64,000 bases of DNA. It comes from a virus. The first letter of the stretch is position 1; each line of letters begins with the position of its first letter. The notes beneath the pieces were generated by a model, which saw only the letters and a program-made list of their open reading frames with translations, ran no database searches and was not told the origin of the DNA. The translations under genes and the position numbers were made by a program. This document shows, in pieces, positions 1 through 11,800 of this stretch. The DNA is taken from IMG/VR virus record IMGVR_UViG_3300043427_001796; one strand, 5' to 3'.

Positions 1-2
1 AG

Positions 3-176
3 TTACAGGAAATAATTCAACGCCTGAGTTCCTTGGAGAATAGACTTTCTTCATTTGAACAACAAGTAAAGAATATCAAATTAGAATATAAGCGTCCAGG
101 ATCTGAGACTTATGAAACTTTGTCTGAGACACTTGACTACCTTCATAAAAGGTGGTATGATAAATCTGTAAATTGA
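3..176 (+). CDS. 3' end of small hypothetical protein (5'-truncated by window)
   Basis: Open frame LQEIIQRLSSLENRL...YKRPGSETYETLSETLDYLHKRWYDKSVN*, translated by hand; not in ORF track. Confidence 0.65.
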   Translation, partial: LQEIIQRLSSLENRLSSFEQQVKNIKLEYKRPGSETYETLSETLDYLHKRWYDKSVN

Positions 177-184
177 GGCACACT

Positions 185-328
185 ATGGCAAAACGTCCAT
201 CTTTTACTGGAGCACCTCACGTTGAGGGAACTCCTAAGGTTACTCGTCAGGGTCGTAGCAAAAACACTAAACTTGCTGCTACTGCTAGAAATGGAGCAAA
301 AAAGAAATATCGAGGTCAAGGCAAATAA
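185..328 (+). CDS. 47-aa very basic protein ending KKKYRGQGK (T4-like cyanophage small protein)
   Basis: ATG at 185 after GAGG SD; MAKRPSFTGAPHVEGTPKVTRQGRSKNTKLAATARNGAKKKYRGQGK*; below ORF-track cutoff. Confidence 0.75.
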   Translation: MAKRPSFTGAPHVEGTPKVTRQGRSKNTKLAATARNGAKKKYRGQGK

Positions 329-331
329 ATA
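325..331 (+). promoter_or_regulatory. T4-like late promoter (ATAAATA)
   Basis: Matches gp55 late promoter consensus at gene end, upstream of structured leader. Confidence 0.6.
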
Positions 332-344
332 GTTGAGGAGATAG

Positions 345-393
345 AAACCTCCTAAAAAGTTCTACATTTTGTAGTTCTTTTAGGAGGTTTTTT
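345..393 (+). promoter_or_regulatory. Long hairpin (terminator-like / RBS-sequestering)
   Basis: AAACCTCCTAAAA 345-357 pairs perfectly with TTTTAGGAGGTTT 378-390; inner CTACA/TGTAG stem; ends in a T run; contains SD AGGAGG of ORF 394. Confidence 0.7.
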
Positions 394-585
394 ATGGCTC
401 TCAGTCCAGTTGATAAAAGTCAAGAGTTTATTCAATCTGGTATGAAGTTGATCACAGATCCATCATCGGATCAATTGTTAGAAAAAGTAAAAAAGGCAAA
501 ATACGAAATACCCAAAGATCGTTATTCCAGACCATGTGGAGGATCGGGAGGATTTGATGATTTCGTTGAAAGATGGCATGAGTGA
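394..585 (+). CDS. Hypothetical protein upstream of g25
   Basis: 63-aa ORF with strong SD AGGAGG at 382-387. Confidence 0.75.
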   Translation: MALSPVDKSQEFIQSGMKLITDPSSDQLLEKVKKAKYEIPKDRYSRPCGGSGGFDDFVERWHE

Positions 586-587
586 TA

Positions 588-594
588 ATAAATA
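588..594 (+). promoter_or_regulatory. Late promoter for baseplate genes
   Basis: ATAAATA in the intergenic gap before g25. Confidence 0.65.
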
Positions 595-619
595 GAAAAA
601 GAAGTTATACCCTATTCTT

Positions 620-1009
620 GTGCCTACATTCCAGACATTTAAAGATCTGAGTATGCCATTTAAGCCACATCCTGTAACTCGGGATGTGGTTACAAAAAAA
701 GACGATTCTGCAATTAAACAAGCAGTCTCTAACTTATTGTATACAAGAATAGGAGAAAGGCCATTCAATTCCGGAATTGGCACAAACTTAGCTAACTTAC
801 TCTTTGAACCTCTTAATTCTATAAGTGCAGGATTTATTTCTTCTGAAATAAGAGAAGTTTTAAATGCATATGAACCCAGAATTAAAGTTGTGAATGTTGA
901 AGTCACACCAAATTTTAATTCAAACGGATTTGATGTTATTCTTGCATTTGTTATTGTAGGCAGAGAGGACAATCTTGTAAGTTTAGATCTATTCTTGGAG
1001 AGACCATAA
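620..1009 (+). CDS. g25: Baseplate wedge subunit gp25
   Basis: AIKQAVSNLLYTRIGERPFNSGIG and YEPRI motifs; GTG start; precedes g6. Confidence 0.95.
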   Translation: MPTFQTFKDLSMPFKPHPVTRDVVTKKDDSAIKQAVSNLLYTRIGERPFNSGIGTNLANLLFEPLNSISAGFISSEIREVLNAYEPRIKVVNVEVTPNFNSNGFDVILAFVIVGREDNLVSLDLFLERP

Positions 1010-1010
1010 A

Positions 1011-2807
1011 GTGCCTTACGCTCAAATCAATAATCTAGATTATTCTCAAATTAAAGAGAATTTAAAAAATTATCTAAAATCTCAATCAGAATTCACTGAT
1101 TATGATTTTGAGGGTTCTGCTTTAAGTAATATTCTTGATGTTCTTGCATATAATACGTATTATACTGCATTCAACACCAATTTAATTGCAAACGAATTTT
1201 TCATTGATTCTGCTACTTTAAGAGACAATGTTATAAGAATTGCGAAGCAACTCGGATATAGACCTAGATCGAAAGTTGCTTCAAGATCAAAAATTAATTT
1301 TACATCAACAATTGTAAGTCCAATACAACCTTCAACATATACATTAAAAAAGGGCACTGGATTTATTACAAATTACGATAACAGCTTATACAATTTTGTA
1401 GTTGTTGATGATGTGACAGTGCCTGTAGAAGAGGGTGCTGCTGTTTTTACCGAAGTTGATATATTTGAAGGTAACTTAGTTACTGAGTATTTTGTTTATA
1501 ATAAAACAAAAATTGATAACAGAATTATATTGTCAAATCCACAGATTGATGTTTCCAGTATTAGAATTAATGTATATGAATCACAATCTTCATCTGTAAA
1601 AAATATTTTTAATGTTGCTGAAAATATTTTAGACGTTGATTTTTCTACAAATATATTTTTTGTCGAGGAAGTTAGTGACGAGAAGTATGAAATTATATTT
1701 GGCGATGGTGTATTTGGAAGACAACTAGAGGACGGTAATTACATTGAAATTTCATACTTAGTTACAAATGGATCGGTAACAAACGGAGTAGAAAATTTTA
1801 GATTTAATGGTCTTCTTGTAGATGGCAGCAATCAGAGTTATCAAAATAATGTTGTAATTAATAATGTTCTAACTCCAGCATATGGTGGTGCTGAAATAGA
1901 GACTACCGACAATATTAAGTTCATTGCTCCAAAGTATTTTGGAACTCAAAATAGAGCAGTTACGGCAGAAGATTTTAAACCAATAATTTCAAAAATTTAC
2001 CCAAATGTTTCTGATATCATTACCTATGGTGGTGAGGATGAACAACCTCCAGAATATGGAGTTGTAAAAATTATAATTAAACCTAAACAAGGAGAAAAAA
2101 TAACCAGTGTAACCAAGAATCAAATCGAAGAGGCTTTGAAACCATACATGGTTGCATCAGTAAGACCTCGTATTGTTGATCCCTCTGTTTTGTATATTGA
2201 AATTTCTAGTAACATTTATTATAGCAAATTAAAGACAAATTCAACTAGAGATCAAATTAAAACTGAAGTCATAAATTCTATTTCTGATTACATTGATAAA
2301 TCAGACACAGAAAAGTTTTCTGGAAAATTAAGATATAGTAAAATTAATAGTGCTATTGATAAAGCAGATAGTTCTATAGAATCCAATGAAACATCTTTCA
2401 CTATGAGAAAAGATGTCTTTCCAATATTAAATTCTAAGACATTTTATGAAGTATGTTATCAAAATTCTTTCGATAAGGACTGTGATGGTGCAACTGTATA
2501 CACCACTGGATTTGTAGTTTCAGAATATCCAAATTATACTGTATATCTCAAAGATGTGGATGGAAAAATGGTCCTATATAGGGTAGGAAATGATGGAAAT
2601 GATTATATTATTAACTCTGACGTTGGGAATGTGAATTACATTTCAGGAGAGATCAAATTATACAATTTGACTATTATAAAGGGTTCTTACCCAAATAATA
2701 AAATTGAATTTAGAGTAGTCCCTCTCAAACGAGATATTTTTGCTTTTCGTGAGCAATATTTGAAGGTTGATATTGAGAAAAGTACCTTTATCGCAAAAGC
2801 AGAATAG
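1011..2807 (+). CDS. g6: Baseplate wedge subunit gp6
   Basis: FTDYDFEGS..LDVLAYNTYY, FIDSATLR, FGDGVFG, QNRAVTAEDF motifs. Confidence 0.95.
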   Translation: MPYAQINNLDYSQIKENLKNYLKSQSEFTDYDFEGSALSNILDVLAYNTYYTAFNTNLIANEFFIDSATLRDNVIRIAKQLGYRPRSKVASRSKINFTSTIVSPIQPSTYTLKKGTGFITNYDNSLYNFVVVDDVTVPVEEGAAVFTEVDIFEGNLVTEYFVYNKTKIDNRIILSNPQIDVSSIRINVYESQSSSVKNIFNVAENILDVDFSTNIFFVEEVSDEKYEIIFGDGVFGRQLEDGNYIEISYLVTNGSVTNGVENFRFNGLLVDGSNQSYQNNVVINNVLTPAYGGAEIETTDNIKFIAPKYFGTQNRAVTAEDFKPIISKIYPNVSDIITYGGEDEQPPEYGVVKIIIKPKQGEKITSVTKNQIEEALKPYMVASVRPRIVDPSVLYIEISSNIYYSKLKTNSTRDQIKTEVINSISDYIDKSDTEKFSGKLRYSKINSAIDKADSSIESNETSFTMRKDVFPILNSKTFYEVCYQNSFDKDCDGATVYTTGFVVSEYPNYTVYLKDVDGKMVLYRVGNDGNDYIINSDVGNVNYISGEIKLYNLTIIKGSYPNNKIEFRVVPLKRDIFAFREQYLKVDIEKSTFIAKAE

Positions 2808-2812
2808 AGTAA

Positions 2813-5800
2813 ATGACGATCAAGCTATCCAGTTTAGTAAGAAGACAACTTCCGGAGTTCATTTCTACTCACTATAGTACATTTGCGTCTTTTCTAGAAA
2901 AATATTACGAAAGTCTAGAGATTACAGGGCAACCATTAGATATTTTATCTAATATTGCAAATTACTATGATATAAATTTTTACGAAAAAAATCTTCTTCA
3001 GAAAGGAACAAATTTATCTTCATTTGTTTCTGTAAATGATGATGAAATTGAATTGGATGACGCTATAGCATTTCCGGAAGAATATGGTTATGTGAAAATA
3101 GATAATGAAATTTGCTTTTATACTAAAAAAGAAGGAAATACACTCACTGGTGTTTATAGAGGAATAAGCGCATCTACAAAATTAGGTGATCTGTATAATA
3201 AAAGCGAATTTGTATCTTCAAATTCGGAAAATCATGCTGTCGGAACTTATGTTCAAAACATAAGCAATCTTTTCTTATTTGCTATTTTAAAAAGTTTTGA
3301 GGCACAATATCTCTCTAGCATTCCAGAGAAATATCTTAACGAAAAGATTGATAAAAGAACTTTAATCAAAAATATTACAGATTTTTACAGATCAAAAGGA
3401 TCGGAAAAATCTATACAATTTATATTCAATTCACTTGTTTCAACTGATCCATCTGATAAAGCAACGATTAGAAGACCTTCCGATCTAACTCTAAGATCTT
3501 CAGATTCAAACTGGATTACTAGTTATAGAATTAAAATAGACGTAATTTCAGGTAATCCAAAGAATTTAATTGGAAAAGTATTAGAACAATCAGATCCATA
3601 TGCTTATGCAGTTATAGAATCTGTAGATGTATCAAATAAATTCACAGATTTGATAATAGATCCAACATCAATTGTCTCAGAATTTAAGTATTATGGATAT
3701 ACTGAATTGCTGAGTCCAATTTCTTCTCTAGACCAACAAAATTTCAAAATTGAAGTTGTTTCAACTAGTGCATGGAAATCTGCTGATAAAAGTCTTTATA
3801 TAGGAAATGAAGAATTTGATATTGTTGAGAAGAACGTAAATCAATTTACGATTAAATCTAGATCAGGAACATCTTCGTTTAGTCCAGGTTCTATTGTATA
3901 TCTCCAGAAACCATATGAAGTAAATGGGGTAAAATTTAACATTACTGGATCCATTTATAATTTAAGACCAAAAACAAAGAACCCTTATTCAGTAAAGGGT
4001 GATCCTATCTTACAGTCGAAGTTTGCAAAGAGTAGTATTGATCCAATTGTGTATGATGCAAGTTCATCTTCATATAGATGGATTGAAAATCAAAATAGAG
4101 AGAGACCAGTAATCCCAACTTTATCAAATTTACAAAATCAATTATCTTCTGTAAATGCAAACGTTTCTGCAATATTAGATGATGAAACTTATTTTTACAT
4201 CTGTTCATCTGGATATCCTTCGTATCCAATCCTTGCTGATACAATGTTATCAGGCAATCAATCTTTAAGTGAAAATAATTATTTAAAACTGGTAAGAAAA
4301 TCTCCAATTTTTAGTCCAGAAATCTATGAAACTAATTCATATGATGTCGGAATTTTTGTAGACGGGACACTTGCATATAGTAAAAAAAGTGATTCTTTTG
4401 TAAGAACTGGACCAATAGTAAAAACAAATTTAATTAATAAAGGATTTGGTTATAAAAATCCTCCTATTGTTTTAGTTAACGGATCTGCATCAAAAGCAGT
4501 AGCAATTCTTTCCGGTAATGTTGTATCAGAAATAAAAATTCTCACTACTCAATCATACAAAAAAACTCCAAGTATTTTTATAACTTCTGGAAGAAATGCT
4601 GCTCTTAAAGCAGTTGTTACTAATGGAAAACTTACCAGTATTGTTATTGAAAATCCTGGCGAATATTATGTTTCTCCCCCACAAATTATTGTTCGTGATT
4701 TAAATGGCAGAGGAAAATTTGCAGAATGTGAGGCAGTTGTATCTAACAGTGGAAAAATAATTGGTGTTAATATAATTAATCAAGGTAAAAATTATAGTTC
4801 AAATTCTATTGTAATTGATGTAATTCCTCAAGGTAGAGATGCAGAAGCTGAGGTTGAAATTGAAAAGTGGTATTACAATAGATACAATGAAATACAAGAA
4901 AATAATATTGACTATAACGGTGGCAGTCTAGTAAACAAAAAATTTGAGTCTAAAAAAACATATGCTATTGTATCCAATCCGAAAAGATTGAGATATAGTA
5001 TTGGTGATAACATCAGTAGCATCTTAGCAGAGCAACCAACTGAACATTCCAAAATACTTGGATTTGCCTACGATGGTTATCCAATTTATGGTCCTTATGC
5101 ATATCAAAATCCACTTGATAGCGAATCAAGTATCGTGAGAATGAATAGTGGATATGTTCTTAATAATTCTAGAACTAATGGACCATCAATTGTAACGCAC
5201 CCATTAGGAATTTTTGATAAAGATTATACATGGGTTCCCAATTTAAATTCTGGCAAGACTTTCTTAGATCAAAATAATGGAAGATATTGTGTAACTCCAG
5301 AATATCCAAATGGCACATACGCATATTTTGTGACAATTGATTCTGGTGGAGAACCAGAGTATCCTTACATTATTGGCAAAAATTATTATGGAATACCCGT
5401 AGATTCAAATTATAATCAACCAATCACGCAAAATGATATTCCATCGTCTGCCAAATTACTAGACTTCTCCTCTTATGTTAATAATGGTATTAATTTTTCA
5501 GCTTTAGTATCTGAAGTTGAAAAAGGATCTATTGATGGATTTACCATTGATGATGTAAATTCATTACACAATCCGGGCAATTTATTGTTTGTAAATAATG
5601 ACGGCACAGGTGGCGAAGGATTTGTCGGGTCAGTAGAGTCGGTATTGGGAGAAAATGTAAGTTATATTAATTCTAAAAATAGTGTATCTGTTTTATCTGC
5701 AAACTCTAATGTATATTTGTTTGATGGTTATAATTTACAGGAACAAAATACATCGAGAGTTGGAAAAATAGTTGGTGATGTTTTATTTGATAATACTATT

Positions 5801-8800
5801 ATTTTAGAAGAAATTAGCGACACATTTGATGGCGAAGAAAAATTTGATATGAGAGATCCAGATACTGGAGAAATTATCAAAATTTTAAACATATTTTTAT
5901 CCAAAAATTCTACTTTTACTGCTAATGCCACTGTATCACTTACTGATGGATTTAATAGACCAGATTCAGTAGTTGCTGTTGGAACTATTCTAGAATCTGC
6001 ATCCAATCAAAATGTTTTGAAAGTATTAGTGGAATCTGGAGATTTTAGTCTTGGAATTGAAAATGATGCTCTTTTCCTACAAAGTTCTGTTTCTTCAGAT
6101 GATGTAGGAACTGGTATTGTTGTTCTAAATTCTCTCAGTGAGAATATTGAAATTTTAAATTTTAAATATAATTTTGCTATTGTAAAAACAGAGAATCCTC
6201 ATAATTTAGCGATAGGAGATAATGTCAATGTTTCTATAAATCCGGATGATTCTTCAACACAAAAAACTTTCTTTGTGAGAAAAAGATTATTCCAAGAATT
6301 GAAATTACGTGATAGAAAAATAAAAGCAAAATTACGTGATACTGGAATTGGAAAATTTTCAATTTTATCTAGTGGAACATTCAGAAGTTCTGGAACTTAT
6401 ACTACAACTTTAGGTAATGCTTCAGTTCAGGTTGTTATTACAAATAATACAGTATCTAATATAACAATTTTAGATAAGGGTTCTGATTTTGTGGAGGATC
6501 AGCAATTAAGATTTGATGCTGTTTTAGTTCCAGATCCTTTGGATGCATCTAAGCAAGTCTTCTTGACTGATTTTGGTGTTTACATGGAGAAGAATTCTGT
6601 ATTTGTGTGTAGAGTTGATCACGCAGGATTTGGAATTGGTAATACAGAAATGAAATTATCAATCGTTGAAAATATCTCCAATGATGATTTACTTTCAATA
6701 GGAAAAGAAATTGTTAAAGTATTAAATGTTGATTATGCAAATAAATTAGTTTCGGTTCAAAGAGCTCAAAATGGAACAATTGCATTAGAGCATTTTGATG
6801 GTGCCGATGTTTCGTTTTATGATTTTTCTTATAGATTTAATCGTGATTCTTTTATTCCTGAATTGGGGACAAATCCAACTTCAAGTCCTAAAGTATATTC
6901 ATATGATCGTAATAGTAATGTATTAGTCCTTTATTACCAATATGGAGCATCACTATCATCGACCATTGACATATCATTAAGTAATTTCTTCAAAGATGAA
7001 AGTTTTGAAAGAAAAGATGTTTTAATTTCTTCTGTGGGAGAGAAGAAATTTAAATTAGAATTTTCAGAGGATAACGAAGATAATTTTGTAGTGAATCCAA
7101 ATATTAATATACAAAATTATTACAAATATATTTTCAAAACTGGACATCCGAGTATGTATCAAACATATTTGGACTTTTCGCCAAGTTTAAAGTATAATTT
7201 AATAACACAAGAAAAAATTGTTGGCGATGCCGATCCTGGAACAAACTCACCAAATTCTTTTGTTTCACTAAAATTTGGATTTGGACCAGCATTAGAAACT
7301 AATACATATACTTCTAAAGTATTAAATAGATTTTCAAATTATTATTATTTTATAGTTGCAAGCGGTGTAACTACAGATAATGCTAAATTATCTGTAGTTG
7401 AGGATCCATTGACGGGATCAAAAAATGTTGCGTATGTCACTAGCAATAAATTTTTATACGAATTAAATGCTACGCCGCAGGAAAATGGGTCTGGGGAGAT
7501 TTTCTACTCAACATCTTCACAAAATGCTCTAGGTTTAATTAATTCATTGAAAGTAAACAACTCTGGAAAAAATTATGCTGATATTCCAGTAGTTATAGGA
7601 GTAGAACCCGCAAGGTCGAGAAAAGCATTATTAACAGCAGTCATGAATCTTAGTGGTGGTGTTGATTCATTTATCATTAACGATTCCGGAGTTGGATATA
7701 TCAATCCTAAAATTATTTTGGATGGTGATGGGAGTCAAGGAATATTTCAAATTGCTTTGAATCAAAATGGTGGCGTAATATCAGTAAAAATTTTGAACGG
7801 TGGACTTGGATACACTAAAATTCCAAAAGTTTATGTTATCGAGGATTCAAATAAAATTTATTTGACATCCAAAAATATTGGAATTCCAAAAACAATTGAA
7901 ATAACTAGTTCCGGTAATAATTTTACTACCGATACTACAACTTTACCTAATTTTACATCAACTTATGCTGTTCTACTTTCTGATATAGGTGATGCATCAT
8001 TTTCTCCAGGAAGAATAGTAAATCAATATGACAACTTTAATAACTTAATTTTTAGCGGAAAGGTATCCAAAAATGGTCTTAAGCGAGGATCTAACATAGT
8101 TAGATTTGAACAAGTTTTTGGAGATATATCTAAAAATTATCCATTAAATGGTGCTAAAATTATAGCAATTTTATATACAAATTACGAATCTGAAATTAGA
8201 TCTTTTTATGATAAGTCTGGATATTTTGGATCCGAAAAAGGATTTACAAGTTCGGTAAATTCTAATATAACCGATTCATATTTTTATCAAGATTATTCTT
8301 ATGTGATAAGATCTAAGACCCCTATTGAGATTTGGAGAAGTTTAATTAAAGATGTAGTTCACCCAGCTGGATTCCAGTTATTTGGTGAAGTTGTAATTGA
8401 AGCAAATACTGGCATAGTAGGACAAACTACACAACAAACTTTAACTCCAATTGTATTGACTATCAATACAGGGGTTCAATCTGCAATCACAATTAATACT
8501 AGAACTCAGGTTACTGAAACAATACTTTCTGTATCTGATACAAATGTACAAAGAGGCGTTGGAAGATTACATTTTTCTGAATTTTATGATGATTCAAACA
8601 TTGCAAAAGAAATCTATCTAAGTCCAAATTTTGATGGGTATATTGATCCTGATAATAATATTCAATTGGGAACAAAGACATTTAATATTCTTGATACGAA
8701 ATCTAATCAACCTGTATTTCCATATGATGAAAATTCTGTAATTGTTAGTCTTTCTGGTGTAATACAGGAACCAAAAGTATCTTATACAATTGAAGGATCA

Positions 8801-11800
8801 ACTATAACATTTGCATCGGCTCCTCTAGGAGAAAGAATTTCTGAAGGTCAGTCTTTACAATCCGATCCATTTATCGGAAGAGTTTTTGGATACAGAACCG
8901 AAGAAGATAATCAAAAATATTTTAAAAAGATAAAAAATATTTTCCAAAGAAGTGGAATATGGTTGGATGCTGCCAATCAAATACATTTCAATAGAAATTT
9001 TATTGTTGAGGAAACATTTGGATATTTAAATAATAAGTATCCAAATCTTGAATTTAATACAGAAAAGTGCAAAAGAGACATTGGATATATTATAGATTCG
9101 TTTGAACACGATTTAAGATTTGGCGGAAATTTAAAAACTGTCACATCTGGAAATTTTTACTTTAATGCTGCAGAAGAACTTCAATTTATTAATGATGAAT
9201 TAGAAGAAACAAAAGATGCTTATAAGTATGCAGCAAAATTATGTGCCGCAGCTATCAGAAATTGGGATGTGGCATTTATTGATGATCCAAATACATTAGA
9301 TCCTGAATTTGAAGTTATAGTTTCCGCCAATAGTGATGTTATTACTGTTCCATCTACTTTTGGAATTGTTGAGGGAATGTATGTTAGTTCTGGATCTCAA
9401 TTTCCATCTGGAACTAAAGTGATAGAAATTATGAATGATACTAATGTCAGAGTTAGTTCAAATTCCTTTGCTAACATAACAGACGAAGAAGTATTTGTAT
9501 TTGACATTCCCATTGGTCAAGTGGTATTGCCACCTGTAGGAAGCACTGAGGTTGAGTTCAATTATAATGGCGTTATTATACAAACAGACGCAGAACTGAT
9601 AGTTTCTGATGGCATAACGGTTTCGATTACAGCACAAATTGCTAAATTGAGGCAAGTTAGATTTTCATTGAGTAGAATTAATACTGGAAAATATGTAGAC
9701 GCATCGAATTTAATTTATGTCAACCGTGAATACATAATTGACGAAACCATTTCATATATTAATTTAACTTATCCGGGATTTTCATATCCAAGTGAGAAAA
9801 AATGCAGGAGAGATATTGGGCATTTAATTGACGCAGTAATTTATCATCTTAGATATGGTGGCAATAATAGACTAGTTGATTATGCAGAAAAATACTATTT
9901 TGCAAATAAATTAAATTACATTAATGAAGAACTAACTCAAACTGTAGTTGCCTTTGAGTATTCTATTGCCTTAATGTTGGATGCTATAGAGAATCCAGGA
10001 TCTCCTTTCCAGACAGTAAATTATGTTGTGGCATCAGACGATGTAAATCCACTAGATTTATGCATCGAAGTTAAGTCAACTATTAATGCGTATAGAGATC
10101 TTTATACCTTTATTTTAGAAAATGGACCTAATTTAATTGAAAGAAATTTTGGAGAGGTTCAGAAGTCTGGAAATTATACAGAATTGTTAACTTTTTCAAA
10201 TTATAATTTAATCGATGACGAAGAGTTACAATTATCGACTCAAATTAATGGTGTTTGGTTTGCTTCAGAATGTGCAAATGTTATTTCCAGTCTTTACAAT
10301 TTACAGCAATCTTTAGATCAAATTTTAACTTCTGGAGTTGATTCTGTAGATATCTCTGGTCCAGATTATTTTAACGGTGAAACAAAGCAGTTTGAATTAT
10401 ATACAGATTCAAATGCTATACTAAAAACAGATCCAGACGAAAATTTATTAATTTTCATAAATGGAGTTTTACAAAGAACGACATCTTATAAAATTTTAAG
10501 ATCGGAAAATCCACAACAAACTGATATTATTGAATTTACTGAGGCACCAAGATGGGATCAAAATGAAGCACAATTATTATTGAACCAGGGGACTGCAGTT
10601 GATTATTTTTATGGGTTCTCAATTGGAAATTATCAAAGAAGAACCATAGATAAAACTTATTTTAAATATGAATCTAGTTATAGAATTGTTTCCGAAAATG
10701 GATATTCTATTGATCCAATATTTGATTCTAGATTCCATTTAGTTTTCGTTGATGGAGTTTTGCAAAGAAACAAAATTGATTATAATATCGATCAAACTAG
10801 AATAATATTTAAAGAGAAATTAAATTACTATACTCCAGCAACTGGAGAAAACTTACTTTCAAATGTTGACATCATTTCTTTCTCTGGTGAAAAAAATAAA
10901 GATACTTTTATAGGATTTGATTTTCAACCAGGATCTTATTCATTAACAGCAACATTTGATGTTTATGATGACGATAATTCACAAGATAACATTTACGAAA
11001 TTATTACCCAGTGGAATGCTCCTTCTAGGTCTTATCCTATAGACATTATTGACGAATATGGTCCTGTTGGACGAGTATTGAATTATGTTCAAGTAAATTC
11101 TCCTTACTCAGGCGTAAGATTTACAATCATTACCGATGTAATTAGAGAAGTTATACAAGAATCAATAACATTACGTAAAGATTTGCCTTATGTAAACGAC
11201 ATTACGCTATCAATTGCTGCTCCTTTAATAATAAGTGGAAATTTTGTAGTTCCTGGACCTGGAGAATATATTGTTGGCGCAATAAATGTAACATCAGGGT
11301 CTACCGTGACTGTTCCTGAAGATACAACTCTTATCTCTATATCTAATATCACAGATGTAAATTATGAGACAAACAATGATGGAGAAAAAATTCTTAGAAG
11401 AGCAAACGCTGTTCATATTCATGATGATAGAAGAATCGCAAATAAAAACTGGAGAATTCTTAACAAATTAACAGCTAATATATTGGAAGGTGATAAGATA
11501 AAAGTTGATGGTGAAGAAGAATACAGAGATGTATTAAAATTACCTGACATAGTAAAAACTACTCAAAATAATTTATATACGCCAGTATCCAAAAAAACAT
11601 ATGGTAATATTATAACTTCTGTATCAGATAAGAAGCCTAAAGGTAGTGGTCTTAGAATTAACCCCATATTGGATTCGCAAGGAAGAATTGTTTCTTTAGA
11701 TTATGGAAAAGATGACTACATAAGATCAAAATTATTAAATCTTCCATCCAGAAAAATTGGACTATATCCAAAAGAAATTTATGTAGACTTTTTATCTGCA

